NCBI GenBank assembly: GCA_025782345.1
Contig: JALGZG010000315.1
Span: forward strand, 1-48,056
Source of the DNA: a bacterium
GTDB taxonomy: Bacteria; Joyebacterota; Joyebacteria; Joyebacterales; Joyebacteraceae
DNA: 48,056 bases
Reading direction: 5' to 3'
Below, in pieces: positions 29,449-41,260 of the stretch. The position numbers and the translations under genes are program-made. The stretch's first letter is position 1. Each line of letters begins with the position of its first letter. The notes under the pieces are model-generated. The model had not been told where the DNA came from, did not search any database, and worked only from the letters and a program-made list of their open reading frames with translations.

Positions 29449-29471
29449 GAGGCCGGGCATCGCCCGGCCTC
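29449..29471 (+). terminator. hairpin after the inositol-1-phosphate synthase gene
   Basis: GAGGCCGGGC-ATC-GCCCGGCCTC: a 10-bp stem, 55 nt after the stop and 30 nt before the tmk ATG. Confidence 0.5.
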
Positions 29472-29501
29472 GTTCACACACCGCGCCACGGGGGACGTCT
29501 C

Positions 29502-30170
29502 ATGTCTCGGTATCCAGGTCTCTTCATCACGTTCGAGGGCGTGGAGGGATGCGGGAAGTCCACGCAGGCACAGGCGCTGCTCGAGCGGCTGCGCGCCGAC
29601 GGCGTGCCCGTGACCCTCAGTCGGGAGCCCGGCGGAACACCGCTGGGCGAGCGATTCAGAGAGATCCTGCTGGACACCGGACACACGGGCATGGAGGCGG
29701 CCACTGAGCTCTTCCTCTACCTGGCTTCCCGCGCGGAGCACGCAGCAAAGGTGATCATCCCGCGGCTCGAGGCGGGCGAGGTCATCATATCAGACAGGTT
29801 CAGCGATGCCAGCGTGGCGTATCAGGGCGGCGGCAGGGGCCTGGGGCCCGCGACAGTGGAAACGTTGAACCAAGTTGCCACTGGTGGCGTCAAACCGGAC
29901 GTGACCTTTCTCATGGACCTCGACCCCGCGGAGGGCCTGGACAGGCTCGTCAGGGAACGTGGAGAGCACGCGCACGACCGCATAGAGAGCGAGGTGCTCG
30001 ACTTCCACAGAAGGGTGAGGGAGGTCTACCTGGAATCATCGAGACGGGAGCCGGCGCGGTTCGTGGTCATTGATGCGAGGCTCTCGCGCGAGGAGGTGGA
30101 GGCGCAGGTAACGGCCGCTGTCGACAAGCTCCTCGGAGAGCGGGGCATGCGAACGGGAAGGACACCATGA
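29502..30170 (+). CDS. tmk: thymidylate kinase
   Basis: From ATG 29502: MSRYPGLFITFEGVEGCGKSTQ (P-loop), SREPGGTPLGE, and DRFSDASVAYQG (DR(Y/F) motif). Confidence 0.9.
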   Translation: MSRYPGLFITFEGVEGCGKSTQAQALLERLRADGVPVTLSREPGGTPLGERFREILLDTGHTGMEAATELFLYLASRAEHAAKVIIPRLEAGEVIISDRFSDASVAYQGGGRGLGPATVETLNQVATGGVKPDVTFLMDLDPAEGLDRLVRERGEHAHDRIESEVLDFHRRVREVYLESSRREPARFVVIDARLSREEVEAQVTAAVDKLLGERGMRTGRTP

Positions 30171-31756
30171 CGAGACGGATGAGAAGAGCAACACCGATTC
30201 TGCTCGCGCTCCTGGTCGGGGTGCTCGTGGGCGGGTGGTTCGTCGAGCGGGTCAGTGCCAGGAAGGACATCTACTCGTACCTCGACCTCTTCACGGACAC
30301 TCTGGACAAGGTAGAGCGGGGATACGTGGAGGACGTTGACTCGAAGGAGCTGATGTACGGCGCCATCAGAGGCATGCTCGGCTCCCTCGATCCCTACTCC
30401 ATGTTCCTCGACGAGGATCAGTTCAGGGATTTCCAGGTGACGACGGAGGGTGAGTTCGGGGGGCTCGGGATCCAGATAACCGTTCGCGACGGTGTTCTGA
30501 CCGTGGTCAGTCCCGTCGAGGGCACTCCCGCGTGCGACCTCGGCATCCAGTCGGGCGACCGCATAGTGGGTATTGAGGGTGAATCGACTCGCGGCATCAC
30601 GGTCGACGAGGCCATCACGAAGCTCCGGGGCGAGCCCGGGACGAAGGTCGACATCACGATCCGCAGAGAAGGTGTCGATGACCTCCTAGAGTACACCGTC
30701 ACCCGCGACATCATCAAGATCGACAGCGTTCCGTACTCCATGCTGCTCGACGGTGACGTCGGCTACGTCCGCGTCGCCAGGTTCGCGCGCACGTCGGCCG
30801 ACGAGCTGTCGGCCAGTCTGGACGAGCTCGAGGACGGCGGCATGAAGAGCCTGATCCTCGATCTGCGCAGCAATCCCGGCGGCCTTCTTACGCAGGCCGT
30901 CGACGTCAGCGATATCTTCCTGGACACCGGTGAACTCATCGTGAGTACCAGGGGGCGCATGCAGGGGCAGAACCAGAGCTTCCACGCGCGGACTCCCGCC
31001 CGGTTCGATTCCGACTTCCCGATCGTCGTCCTCGTGAACGGCGGCAGCGCGAGCGCCTCCGAGATCCTCGCGGGGGCCATCCAGGACTGGGACCGCGGGA
31101 TCGTTGTGGGAACCACGAGCTTCGGCAAGGGCTCCGTGCAGACCCTGATGAGGCTTCGGCCTCTGACCAAGGAATGCGCGATGAAGCTGACGACCGCCAA
31201 GTGGTACATGGCGAGCGGCAGGGCCATCGAGAAGCCCGAGCGCTGGACGGCCATTGCGGACGGCAGTGAGGGGGAAGAGGACGAGGAGGTCGAGGAGGCC
31301 CGTCCCGAGTACCGCACCGCGGCCGGCCGGATGGTCTACGGCGGCGGCGGGGTGACCCCGGACATCGAGATCGAGCCCAACCTGCGTGCGGACATCGTCG
31401 TGGACCTGGAGCGGCGCGGTGAGTTCTTCGAGTTCGCGATCGAGTACGCCGCCGTGCACGAGGTTCCGGAGGGCGGTATCAGCGTCGACGACGGCATGTG
31501 GTCGGAGTTCGTGGAGTTCCTGGGCCGCGACGAGTTCGAGTTCGAGGCGGCGGAGCTCGATGAGCACCGGGAGGACATCGAACTCGCTATCCGCCGCGAT
31601 ATGACCAGAAGGCTGCGCAGCCGCGAGGATGCCTACGTGGTGGCTCTCGAGGGCGACACCCAGGTGACCGAGGCGACGGAACTGGCCGCGGACGCCACGA
31701 ACCTGAACGACCTGTTCGAGGCGGCCGAGACGTACGTCCAGTCCAGCGAGGAATAG
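30167..31756 (+). CDS. carboxyl-terminal processing protease (peptidase S41) with PDZ domain
   Basis: 529 aa. Signal anchor, PDZ (GLGIQITVRDGVLTVVSPVEGTPA), and S41 motifs (LILDLRSNPGGLL, VLVNGGSASASEILAGA, GTTSFGKGSVQ). Confidence 0.9.
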   Translation: MTRRMRRATPILLALLVGVLVGGWFVERVSARKDIYSYLDLFTDTLDKVERGYVEDVDSKELMYGAIRGMLGSLDPYSMFLDEDQFRDFQVTTEGEFGGLGIQITVRDGVLTVVSPVEGTPACDLGIQSGDRIVGIEGESTRGITVDEAITKLRGEPGTKVDITIRREGVDDLLEYTVTRDIIKIDSVPYSMLLDGDVGYVRVARFARTSADELSASLDELEDGGMKSLILDLRSNPGGLLTQAVDVSDIFLDTGELIVSTRGRMQGQNQSFHARTPARFDSDFPIVVLVNGGSASASEILAGAIQDWDRGIVVGTTSFGKGSVQTLMRLRPLTKECAMKLTTAKWYMASGRAIEKPERWTAIADGSEGEEDEEVEEARPEYRTAAGRMVYGGGGVTPDIEIEPNLRADIVVDLERRGEFFEFAIEYAAVHEVPEGGISVDDGMWSEFVEFLGRDEFEFEAAELDEHREDIELAIRRDMTRRLRSREDAYVVALEGDTQVTEATELAADATNLNDLFEAAETYVQSSEE

Positions 31757-31783
31757 CCTGTTCGCTGCCGTTATGCAGGTTCG

Positions 31784-31813
31784 AGGGGGGCGGTTCTTCG
31801 GAGCCGCCCCCCT
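31784..31813 (+). terminator. hairpin after the S41 protease gene
   Basis: AGGGGGGCGGTTC-TTCG-GAGCCGCCCCCCT: about 13 bp with one G-U pair and a TTCG loop. Confidence 0.6.
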
Positions 31814-31842
31814 GTCATTCCGGCCTCGCCCCGGCGCGTTCC

Positions 31843-31872
31843 TTGACGCTTGAGCGGCGGGGGCAATATACT
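31843..31872 (+). promoter_or_regulatory. candidate promoter (TTGACG-N18-TATACT) placed for a leaderless dusB transcript
   Basis: -35 TTGACG at 31843..31848 and -10 TATACT at 31867..31872. The dusB ATG (31879) begins 7 nt after the -10 element, and no Shine-Dalgarno sequence fits between them. Confidence 0.4.
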
Positions 31873-31878
31873 GCATTC

Positions 31879-32847
31879 ATGCGAATCGGCAGCGTCGTCT
31901 ACGAGACACCGTTCGTGCTGGCCCCGCTGGCCGGCTTGACGGACAGTCCCATGCGCAGGATATGCAGGCGGCGGGGTGCGTCCATGGTCTGGACGGAGAT
32001 GGTCAGCGCCGAGGGGCTGGTACGGGACGGCGCGAAGTCGCACGAACTCCTGGCCTTCGCCGAGGAGGAGCGTCCCATCGCCTTCCAGATCTTCGGGGCG
32101 CGGCCGGAGGCGATGGCGGGCGCCGCCGCGAGAGTGGCCGCGCTTCATCCTGACGTGATTGACATCAACCTCGGCTGTCCGGCGAAGAAAGTGGTCCGCG
32201 GTGGCGCCGGCTCGGCGCTCATGCGGGAACCGGCGCTCCTGAGGGAGATAGCATCGGCGGTCGTCGAGGCGGCCGGACGACCCGTCACGGCCAAGATACG
32301 GAGTGGTTGGGACGCGGACTCCCTCAATGCCGTCGACGTCGCCGTCGCGCTCGAGGAGTGCGGCGTGTCCGCCGTGGCCATTCATCCCCGGACGCGCGCG
32401 CAGGGTTTCAGGGGGGCCGCGGACTGGAGCCTGATCCGGGATGTCACGAACAGCGTTTCCGTCCCGGTTCTGGGGAGTGGGGACGTCAAGACGGCGGCGG
32501 ACGCACTGAGGATGCTCGAGACGACCGGCTGCGATGCCGTGATGATCGGACGGGCCGCCGTCGGGAACCCGTGGCTATTTCAGAGCGCGGAGACGCTTCG
32601 GCGGACGGGCGCCGTCGCCGATGCGGCCACGCTCGCGGAAACACTGGCGACCGCGATAGAACAGCTGAACCTCATGGTGGAGGCGAAGGGAGAGCACCGC
32701 GGCGTTCTGGAGATGCGCAAACACCTCGTCGCCTACCTTCGAGGGTTCCGCGGCGCCTCGCACCTGCGGGCGGAGCTCGTGAGGATCGACGGCCACGCGG
32801 CCGTTCTCGAGCGGCTGCGCGCCGCCATGGATGAATACACCCCGTAG
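31879..32847 (+). CDS. dusB: tRNA-dihydrouridine synthase
   Basis: From ATG 31879: MRIGSVVYETPFVLAPLAGLTDSPMRRI, DINLGCPAKKVV, TAKIRSGW. FMN TIM-barrel Dus family. The track ORF begins at 31843, which is the putative -35 box. Confidence 0.85.
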   Translation: MRIGSVVYETPFVLAPLAGLTDSPMRRICRRRGASMVWTEMVSAEGLVRDGAKSHELLAFAEEERPIAFQIFGARPEAMAGAAARVAALHPDVIDINLGCPAKKVVRGGAGSALMREPALLREIASAVVEAAGRPVTAKIRSGWDADSLNAVDVAVALEECGVSAVAIHPRTRAQGFRGAADWSLIRDVTNSVSVPVLGSGDVKTAADALRMLETTGCDAVMIGRAAVGNPWLFQSAETLRRTGAVADAATLAETLATAIEQLNLMVEAKGEHRGVLEMRKHLVAYLRGFRGASHLRAELVRIDGHAAVLERLRAAMDEYTP

Positions 32848-32882
32848 CGTCCTGGTCCAACGCATCGAGGGAGGAACCGAGC

Positions 32883-33725
32883 ATGGATAACACCAGCAGC
32901 AGCGGAAGAACTGGGACGGGGCGACCTGCCCCGCGGGGCGTCGGGCTAGGGCGGCCGGGTCTCGCCGCCTCCGTTGCTCTCATGGCTGTGCTGCTCACTC
33001 TGAGCGGCTGTGCGCTTCCGCCGTCGAGGAGCGGCAGCGGCGCCGGCACCGTCGAGATCGTATCGCACACCGTGTCGTCGGGCGAGACACTGGCCTCCAT
33101 AGCCGACGACTATTACGGCACGCCGCGCGCGGCGGGCTATCTTGCGGACGTGAACGGCATCGGATCCGACTTCGTTCCGGAAGCGGGAGTGCTCATCGAG
33201 GTACCGGTCGGTAAGGAGGACATCGAGCGCTACCGGCGGCGGACCGAGGCGAAGATACTCTACAACCGCGGAACGATGCTCGCCGATGCCGGCAACTACG
33301 CGAAGGCCCATGAGGAGTTCGCGGCCGCCCTGCGGACCGACCCCCGCTTCGTGGACGCCGGGTACAACCTGGGGGTCGTTCTGATCGCGATGGGCGAGCC
33401 CGAGCGCGCCGTCTTCATACTGGAGCAGCTGCTGACGGCCAGGCCCCGTGAGCCGCTGTTCGAGTTCGCCATTGGGAAGGCCCACTTCGATGCCGGACGC
33501 GTATCTCAGGCGCTCGAGCACTTCGATCGCGCGGTGGAACTCGACCCCACGCTCGAGGACGCGCGGTTCGCCCGCGCGGTCGCCCTGCTTGAGCTCGGGG
33601 AGCGAGAGGCGGGCATCTTCGCGCTCGACCTCTACCTTCGCGAGTTCCCGGACGGCACGTGGATCGATCCTGCTCGCGCGGAACTGGAGAAGCTGGCGCG
33701 TGCCCCGAAGGAGACCACGCCTTGA
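32883..33725 (+). CDS. lipoprotein with LysM domain and TPR repeats
   Basis: Lipobox LTLSGC. LysM (HTVSSGETLASIADDYYGTPRAAGYLADVNGI). It then has about 4 TPR-like repeats (AKILYNRGTMLADAGNYAKAHEEF...). Confidence 0.7.
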   Translation: MDNTSSSGRTGTGRPAPRGVGLGRPGLAASVALMAVLLTLSGCALPPSRSGSGAGTVEIVSHTVSSGETLASIADDYYGTPRAAGYLADVNGIGSDFVPEAGVLIEVPVGKEDIERYRRRTEAKILYNRGTMLADAGNYAKAHEEFAAALRTDPRFVDAGYNLGVVLIAMGEPERAVFILEQLLTARPREPLFEFAIGKAHFDAGRVSQALEHFDRAVELDPTLEDARFARAVALLELGEREAGIFALDLYLREFPDGTWIDPARAELEKLARAPKETTP

Positions 33726-33759
33726 GCGCAGTAGCCTTCGCTCACGAACGGGGCCGCAC

Positions 33760-34589
33760 TTGATACGCTTCAGTGACGTCACTCTCACGTACGGCTTTTC
33801 CGCCACGCCCGCGCTCAGAGGCATCGATCTCACCATTGAAGCCGGCGAGTCGGTCGCGGTGGTCGGACCGAGCGGCTCGGGGAAGACCAGCCTTCTTCGG
33901 TTGATGAACGCTCTTCTCGTTCCCACTGACGGACGTGTGACCGTGAACGGGCTCGTCACCAGTGATCCGTCCAACGTCTGGGACGTTCGCCGGCTCGTGG
34001 GCCTCATCTTCCAGAACCCCGACAACCAGCTGGTCAGTACCACGGTAGAGCGGGAGCTCGCCTTCGGGATGGAGAACCTCGGGCTCGCTTCGCAGACGAT
34101 ACGCGAGCGTGTCGAGGAGGCTCTCGTGCGGTTCCGTCTGCAGGATCTCAGGGACCGCGCTCCTCACCGCCTGTCGGGTGGGGAGAAGCAGCGGGTGGCG
34201 ATAGCAGCCGTGCTCGCAATGCGCCCGGAGTGCCTGCTTCTTGACGAGCCGACCTCACTTCTGGACGCGGCGGGACGGCGCGAGGTCTGGCGGATACTGG
34301 AGGAGCTCCGCGCCGACTCGTCCAAGACCGTTGTTCACGTGACGCAGTTCCCCGATGAGATAGGACTGTCGTCGAGAGTGCTCGTCGTCCTTGATGGACG
34401 GGTGGTCTTCGATTCAACGCCCGCCAAGCTCTTTGAACTGGACGAAGAGCTGAGCCGATGGTGCCTCAGGCGCCCGGCCACCATGAACATCGCACGGAAG
34501 CTGCGCGATGCGGGCTACGCGATACCGGCGGGCGTCTGGACACTCGACGGGCTCTTGGACGCGCTTGCGCCCGACCACGGAGGCTCCGC

Positions 34590-34593
<4 letters not shown>
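33760..34593 (+). CDS. energy-coupling-factor (ECF) transporter ATPase, EcfA1-like
   Basis: From TTG 33760: LIRFSDVTLTY...GPSGSGKTSLL, IFQNPDNQLV, LSGGEKQRVAIA, LLLDEPTSLLD. The upstream part of the track ORF (33448..) overlaps the LysM/TPR gene and is not family-like. Confidence 0.8.
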
Positions 34594-36061
<1,468 letters not shown>

Positions 36062-36090
36062 GGTACGCTGATCCGCCCCGGAGATGGATC

Positions 36091-37911
36091 GTGCTTCGTG
36101 CGGTGATGTGGGAAGGAGCTGTCGGAACGGTGTGGAAGAGATGTCTCACCGCCGTCCTGCTGGTCACTGCTCTGAGTTTCCTCGCGGGATGTGTGTACTA
36201 CAACACGTTCTACCACGCACAGGCCGCCGCGCGTCAGGCGGAGCTTCTGCGCGAGTCCAGTGCGCCGGGCGCACCTCCTGGACCCGTGGAGAGGGAGCTC
36301 CTGGAGCGCGTGGCCGAGAAGTGCGGCCGCGTGCTGCAGCTTCACCCCGACTCGAGCTGGGCGGACGATGCGCTTCTCCTGCTGGGCACCACCCATTACT
36401 ACCAGGGACGGTACGACAGCGCCGAGCGGCGTCTGACCGAGTTCCTGTCGCTTTACCCCGACAGCGAGCTTCTGCCGGAAGCTGAGTACATGCTTGCCTC
36501 TGTGCTGCTCGAGCGCGGCAACCCCGTCTCTGCTGAGACCTACCTGGAGAAGTTGGCGGAGGCGTCGCCGCCGCACCCGCTTTCCGACGACGCTCTGGTT
36601 CTCATCGGGAGGGCAAGGAACGCCAGGAAGAAGTACGCCGAGGCGACAGAAGCTTACGAGCAGGCTCTGGAGCGTTTTCCCCGGGGCGATTGCCGAGCGG
36701 AGATACTGTTCTTGAGCGCCGAGAACTACGAGGACATTGGCGATTTCGATGCCGCGGCCCGGCAGTACGCCCTCGTGCCGGGTGAGCGGGGGGGCAGGGA
36801 TCTGGCGTTCGAGGCGAGGATGCGGCTCGCGGAAGTCGACCTCATGCGCGGGAGCTTCGAGGAGGCCCTGGAGGTCCTCGCTGAACTCGAGAGACGGACC
36901 GACAACCGCGACGATCTCGACCGCGTCCTCCTTCTCGTGGGGAGTGCGCTCGAGGCCACGGGCGCCGTGGATGACGCGATCGCCACGTACGAGGGCATAG
37001 CGGCGTCGCACAAGAAGTCCGAAGCCTCGGCGGAAGCACACTATCGGATCGGGCTGTTGCACCGCGACTACTACGAACTTCTGGAGGAGGCCGTCGCGTC
37101 CTTCAGGAAGGCGAAGGACGAAGCCCCCCGGAGTGACGTGGCGGAGCTCGCACGCGAAGCGATGAGCGATACCGACAAGCTCATGGGTTTCCTCGCGATA
37201 ATCGCACGGACCGATGGGGAGAGTGAGGAAGTGCGCGTCGAGGAAGAGGACGAGCGTGCGCCGGAGCAGGGGGACACGTTGGAGCAGGTCGTGGCGCCGG
37301 CCTGGGCCATCGATGACACGACCCTGCACGTGACGCTCCTCCCGCCGCCGGATCAGAGTGCGGGTGGAGCGGACGTCTCCGTTTCGCCTGCCTCCGGGGT
37401 GGACACGACGGGCATCGACCTCCCCCCGGGCGGTGTGGACACGGTCGCCGCGGATACGACGGGCATCGAGCCTGCCACGGTCGCCGCGGATACGACGGGC
37501 ATCGAGCCTGCCACGGTCGCCGCGGATACGACGGGCATCGAGCCTGCCGTGGCCGCCGCGGATACGACGGGCATCGAGCCTGCCGTGGCCGCCGCGGATA
37601 CGACGGGCATCGAGGAACTGGAGGACGAAGTCGCCGTCGCCAGGTTCCGGGCCGCCGAGTTGTACCTGTTTCGCTTCGACGACGCCGAGCGGGCGGAGGT
37701 CTACTACGCGTCCGTCATCGAACATCATCCTGGGAGTTCGCTCGCGCCCAAGGCGGCTCTGGCTATCGCATGGATCCTGGAAACAAGGTGGGACGACCTG
37801 GAGGCCGCGCGAGCGGCATACGAGTCGATCCTCGTCGACTACCCGGATTCGGATTTCGCTGCGGCGGCGACCGAGGGCCTCGAGCGGTTGGTCTGGGCCG
37901 GTTCTGACTGA
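36091..37911 (+). CDS. TPR-repeat lipoprotein (BamD/YbgF-like architecture) with an internal 12-aa tandem-repeat linker
   Basis: Lipobox LSFLAGC. It has many TPR-like helices (ALLLLGTTHYYQGRYDSAERRL, EAEYMLASVLLERGNP...). A central Asp/Glu/Thr-rich linker carries ADTTGIEPATVA-type repeats, followed by a C-terminal TPR pair. Confidence 0.7.
   Translation: MLRAVMWEGAVGTVWKRCLTAVLLVTALSFLAGCVYYNTFYHAQAAARQAELLRESSAPGAPPGPVERELLERVAEKCGRVLQLHPDSSWADDALLLLGTTHYYQGRYDSAERRLTEFLSLYPDSELLPEAEYMLASVLLERGNPVSAETYLEKLAEASPPHPLSDDALVLIGRARNARKKYAEATEAYEQALERFPRGDCRAEILFLSAENYEDIGDFDAAARQYALVPGERGGRDLAFEARMRLAEVDLMRGSFEEALEVLAELERRTDNRDDLDRVLLLVGSALEATGAVDDAIATYEGIAASHKKSEASAEAHYRIGLLHRDYYELLEEAVASFRKAKDEAPRSDVAELAREAMSDTDKLMGFLAIIARTDGESEEVRVEEEDERAPEQGDTLEQVVAPAWAIDDTTLHVTLLPPPDQSAGGADVSVSPASGVDTTGIDLPPGGVDTVAADTTGIEPATVAADTTGIEPATVAADTTGIEPAVAAADTTGIEPAVAAADTTGIEELEDEVAVARFRAAELYLFRFDDAERAEVYYASVIEHHPGSSLAPKAALAIAWILETRWDDLEAARAAYESILVDYPDSDFAAAATEGLERLVWAGSD
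37447..37614 (+). repeat. 36-bp in-frame tandem repeat, about 4.7 copies, inside the TPR lipoprotein gene
   Basis: Unit GCCGCGGATACGACGGGCATCGAGCCTGCCACGGTC at 37447 and 37483 (identical). Variant ...CCTGCCGTGGCC at 37519 and 37555 (identical to each other). Partial copy 37591..37614. A degenerate copy lies upstream near 37398. Confidence 0.95.
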
Positions 37912-37977
37912 CGCTGGCTGTCCCGGTCGGCCGGTTCTCGATTGGAACCGACGGCTGAACAATCAGGGAGATCGCGC

Positions 37978-39351
37978 GTGCTGATTCGAAGTGTGTCCGG
38001 AGTCCGTGGACTGACCGCCGGAGAGGTCACACCTGACCTGGCTCGCCGGTACGGTGGGGCGTTCGCGGCCCAGACTCCGGGTGACATCGCCGTGGGCTGG
38101 GATTCCAGGTCCGGCGGAGATATCCTGAAGAACGCCGTCGCCGCCGGTATCATCGAGGCGGGAGGGCGCGTCGTCGATGTCGGCATGGTTCCCACGCCGA
38201 CGGTGGGCGTCATCGTGAGGCGGCACGAACTCGCCGGTGGCGTGGTGATCACTGCCAGTCACAACCCTGAGGAGTACAACGGGCTGAAATTCTTCTCGCG
38301 GCGCGGGGTCTTCCTCGACGGCGAGGAGGTGGCCAGGCTCTTCGCCGCCGTCGACGCCGTGGCCGAGGCGCCGATCGGCACCCCGCGCGATGCGCGCGAG
38401 CCCGGCGCTTCCGACGTGCGCCGAATGGACGATGCCGTGGGGGAGCACGTGGCCCTCGTTCTCGCCTCACCGCTCGTGAATGTTCCCGCGGTGTCTGCCG
38501 CGCGGCCGCGCATCGTGGTGGACTGCGTCAACGCCGCCGGGTCGGTGATCCTGCCGAGGCTGCTCCGCGAGCTCGGCTGCGAAGTCGTCGAACTCTATAC
38601 CGACACGGGCTTGGGGTTCCCGCGAGGGGCCGAGCCTACGCCAGAGCACCTGGGGGCGCTCGGCCACACCGTCGTCGCGGAGAGCGCCGTCGCGGGCTTT
38701 GCCTGCGATCCCGACGCGGACCGGCTGGCCGTGGTGGACGAACGGGGAACTCCCATAGGCGAGGAGTTCACACTGGCCATCGCCGCGCGCGTCGTTCTCG
38801 GGATCAGGCGGGGCCCCATCGTGGCGAACGTGTCCACCAGCCGGATGATGGACGATCTCGCACAGGAGTTCGAGGTGCCCATCCACCGGACACCGATCGG
38901 CGAAATAAACGTCGTTGCGAAGATGGAAGAGGTGGGCGCCGTCGTAGGTGGTGAGGGGAACGGGGGTGTCATACTGCCGGACGTGCACATGGGACGCGAC
39001 TCCGCCACCGCGGCGGCATTGGTAGTCTCGGGTATGGCGACGGGGGAATCCGGTGCCGTGTCCGAACTCGCCGCCCGATTCACGCACTACTTCTCTGTGA
39101 AGAAGAAGCTCAAACTCGACTCAGCCACGCCCGAGGGCATAATCGAAGCGATGAGGAAGGCCTTTCCCGGTGGGGAACTGGATCTCACGGATGGGGCAAA
39201 GATAGCTTGGCCCGACCGCTGGATTCACGCTAGGATGTCCGGTACTGAACCCGTCGTCCGCGTGATAGCCGAGGCGGCACGCGAGGACGACGCCAATAGA
39301 CTTGTCGAGGAAGCCATCTCTGCCGTTACCAGCGCGGCGGGAAGGGCCTGA
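37978..39351 (+). CDS. alpha-D-phosphohexomutase (phosphoglucosamine mutase-like by position next to glmS; PMM/PGM-type motifs)
   Basis: From GTG 37978 (RBS AGGGAG). Has the phosphoserine loop VITASHNPEEYNGLKF, metal loop GFACDPDADR, and sugar loop GGEGNGG. Its stop is 2 nt before the glmS ATG. Confidence 0.85.
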   Translation: MLIRSVSGVRGLTAGEVTPDLARRYGGAFAAQTPGDIAVGWDSRSGGDILKNAVAAGIIEAGGRVVDVGMVPTPTVGVIVRRHELAGGVVITASHNPEEYNGLKFFSRRGVFLDGEEVARLFAAVDAVAEAPIGTPRDAREPGASDVRRMDDAVGEHVALVLASPLVNVPAVSAARPRIVVDCVNAAGSVILPRLLRELGCEVVELYTDTGLGFPRGAEPTPEHLGALGHTVVAESAVAGFACDPDADRLAVVDERGTPIGEEFTLAIAARVVLGIRRGPIVANVSTSRMMDDLAQEFEVPIHRTPIGEINVVAKMEEVGAVVGGEGNGGVILPDVHMGRDSATAAALVVSGMATGESGAVSELAARFTHYFSVKKKLKLDSATPEGIIEAMRKAFPGGELDLTDGAKIAWPDRWIHARMSGTEPVVRVIAEAAREDDANRLVEEAISAVTSAAGRA

Positions 39352-39353
39352 TC

Positions 39354-41183
<1,830 letters not shown>

Positions 41184-41260
41184 CGCCGCAAGGATGGGCC
41201 GGGTACGTCCGCGGCGGCCAGGCGGGCGAACGGGCCCTTGGTTCATCATGGAGACAGCTC

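Noticed and set aside
37353-37610. Minus-strand ORF encoding MPVVSAAATAGS repeats, and the possibility that the 36-bp array is a CRISPR.
   Set aside because: The repeats are directly adjacent with no spacers, so this is not a CRISPR. The array is in frame within a well-supported + strand lipoprotein gene, and the minus ORF is its mirror image.
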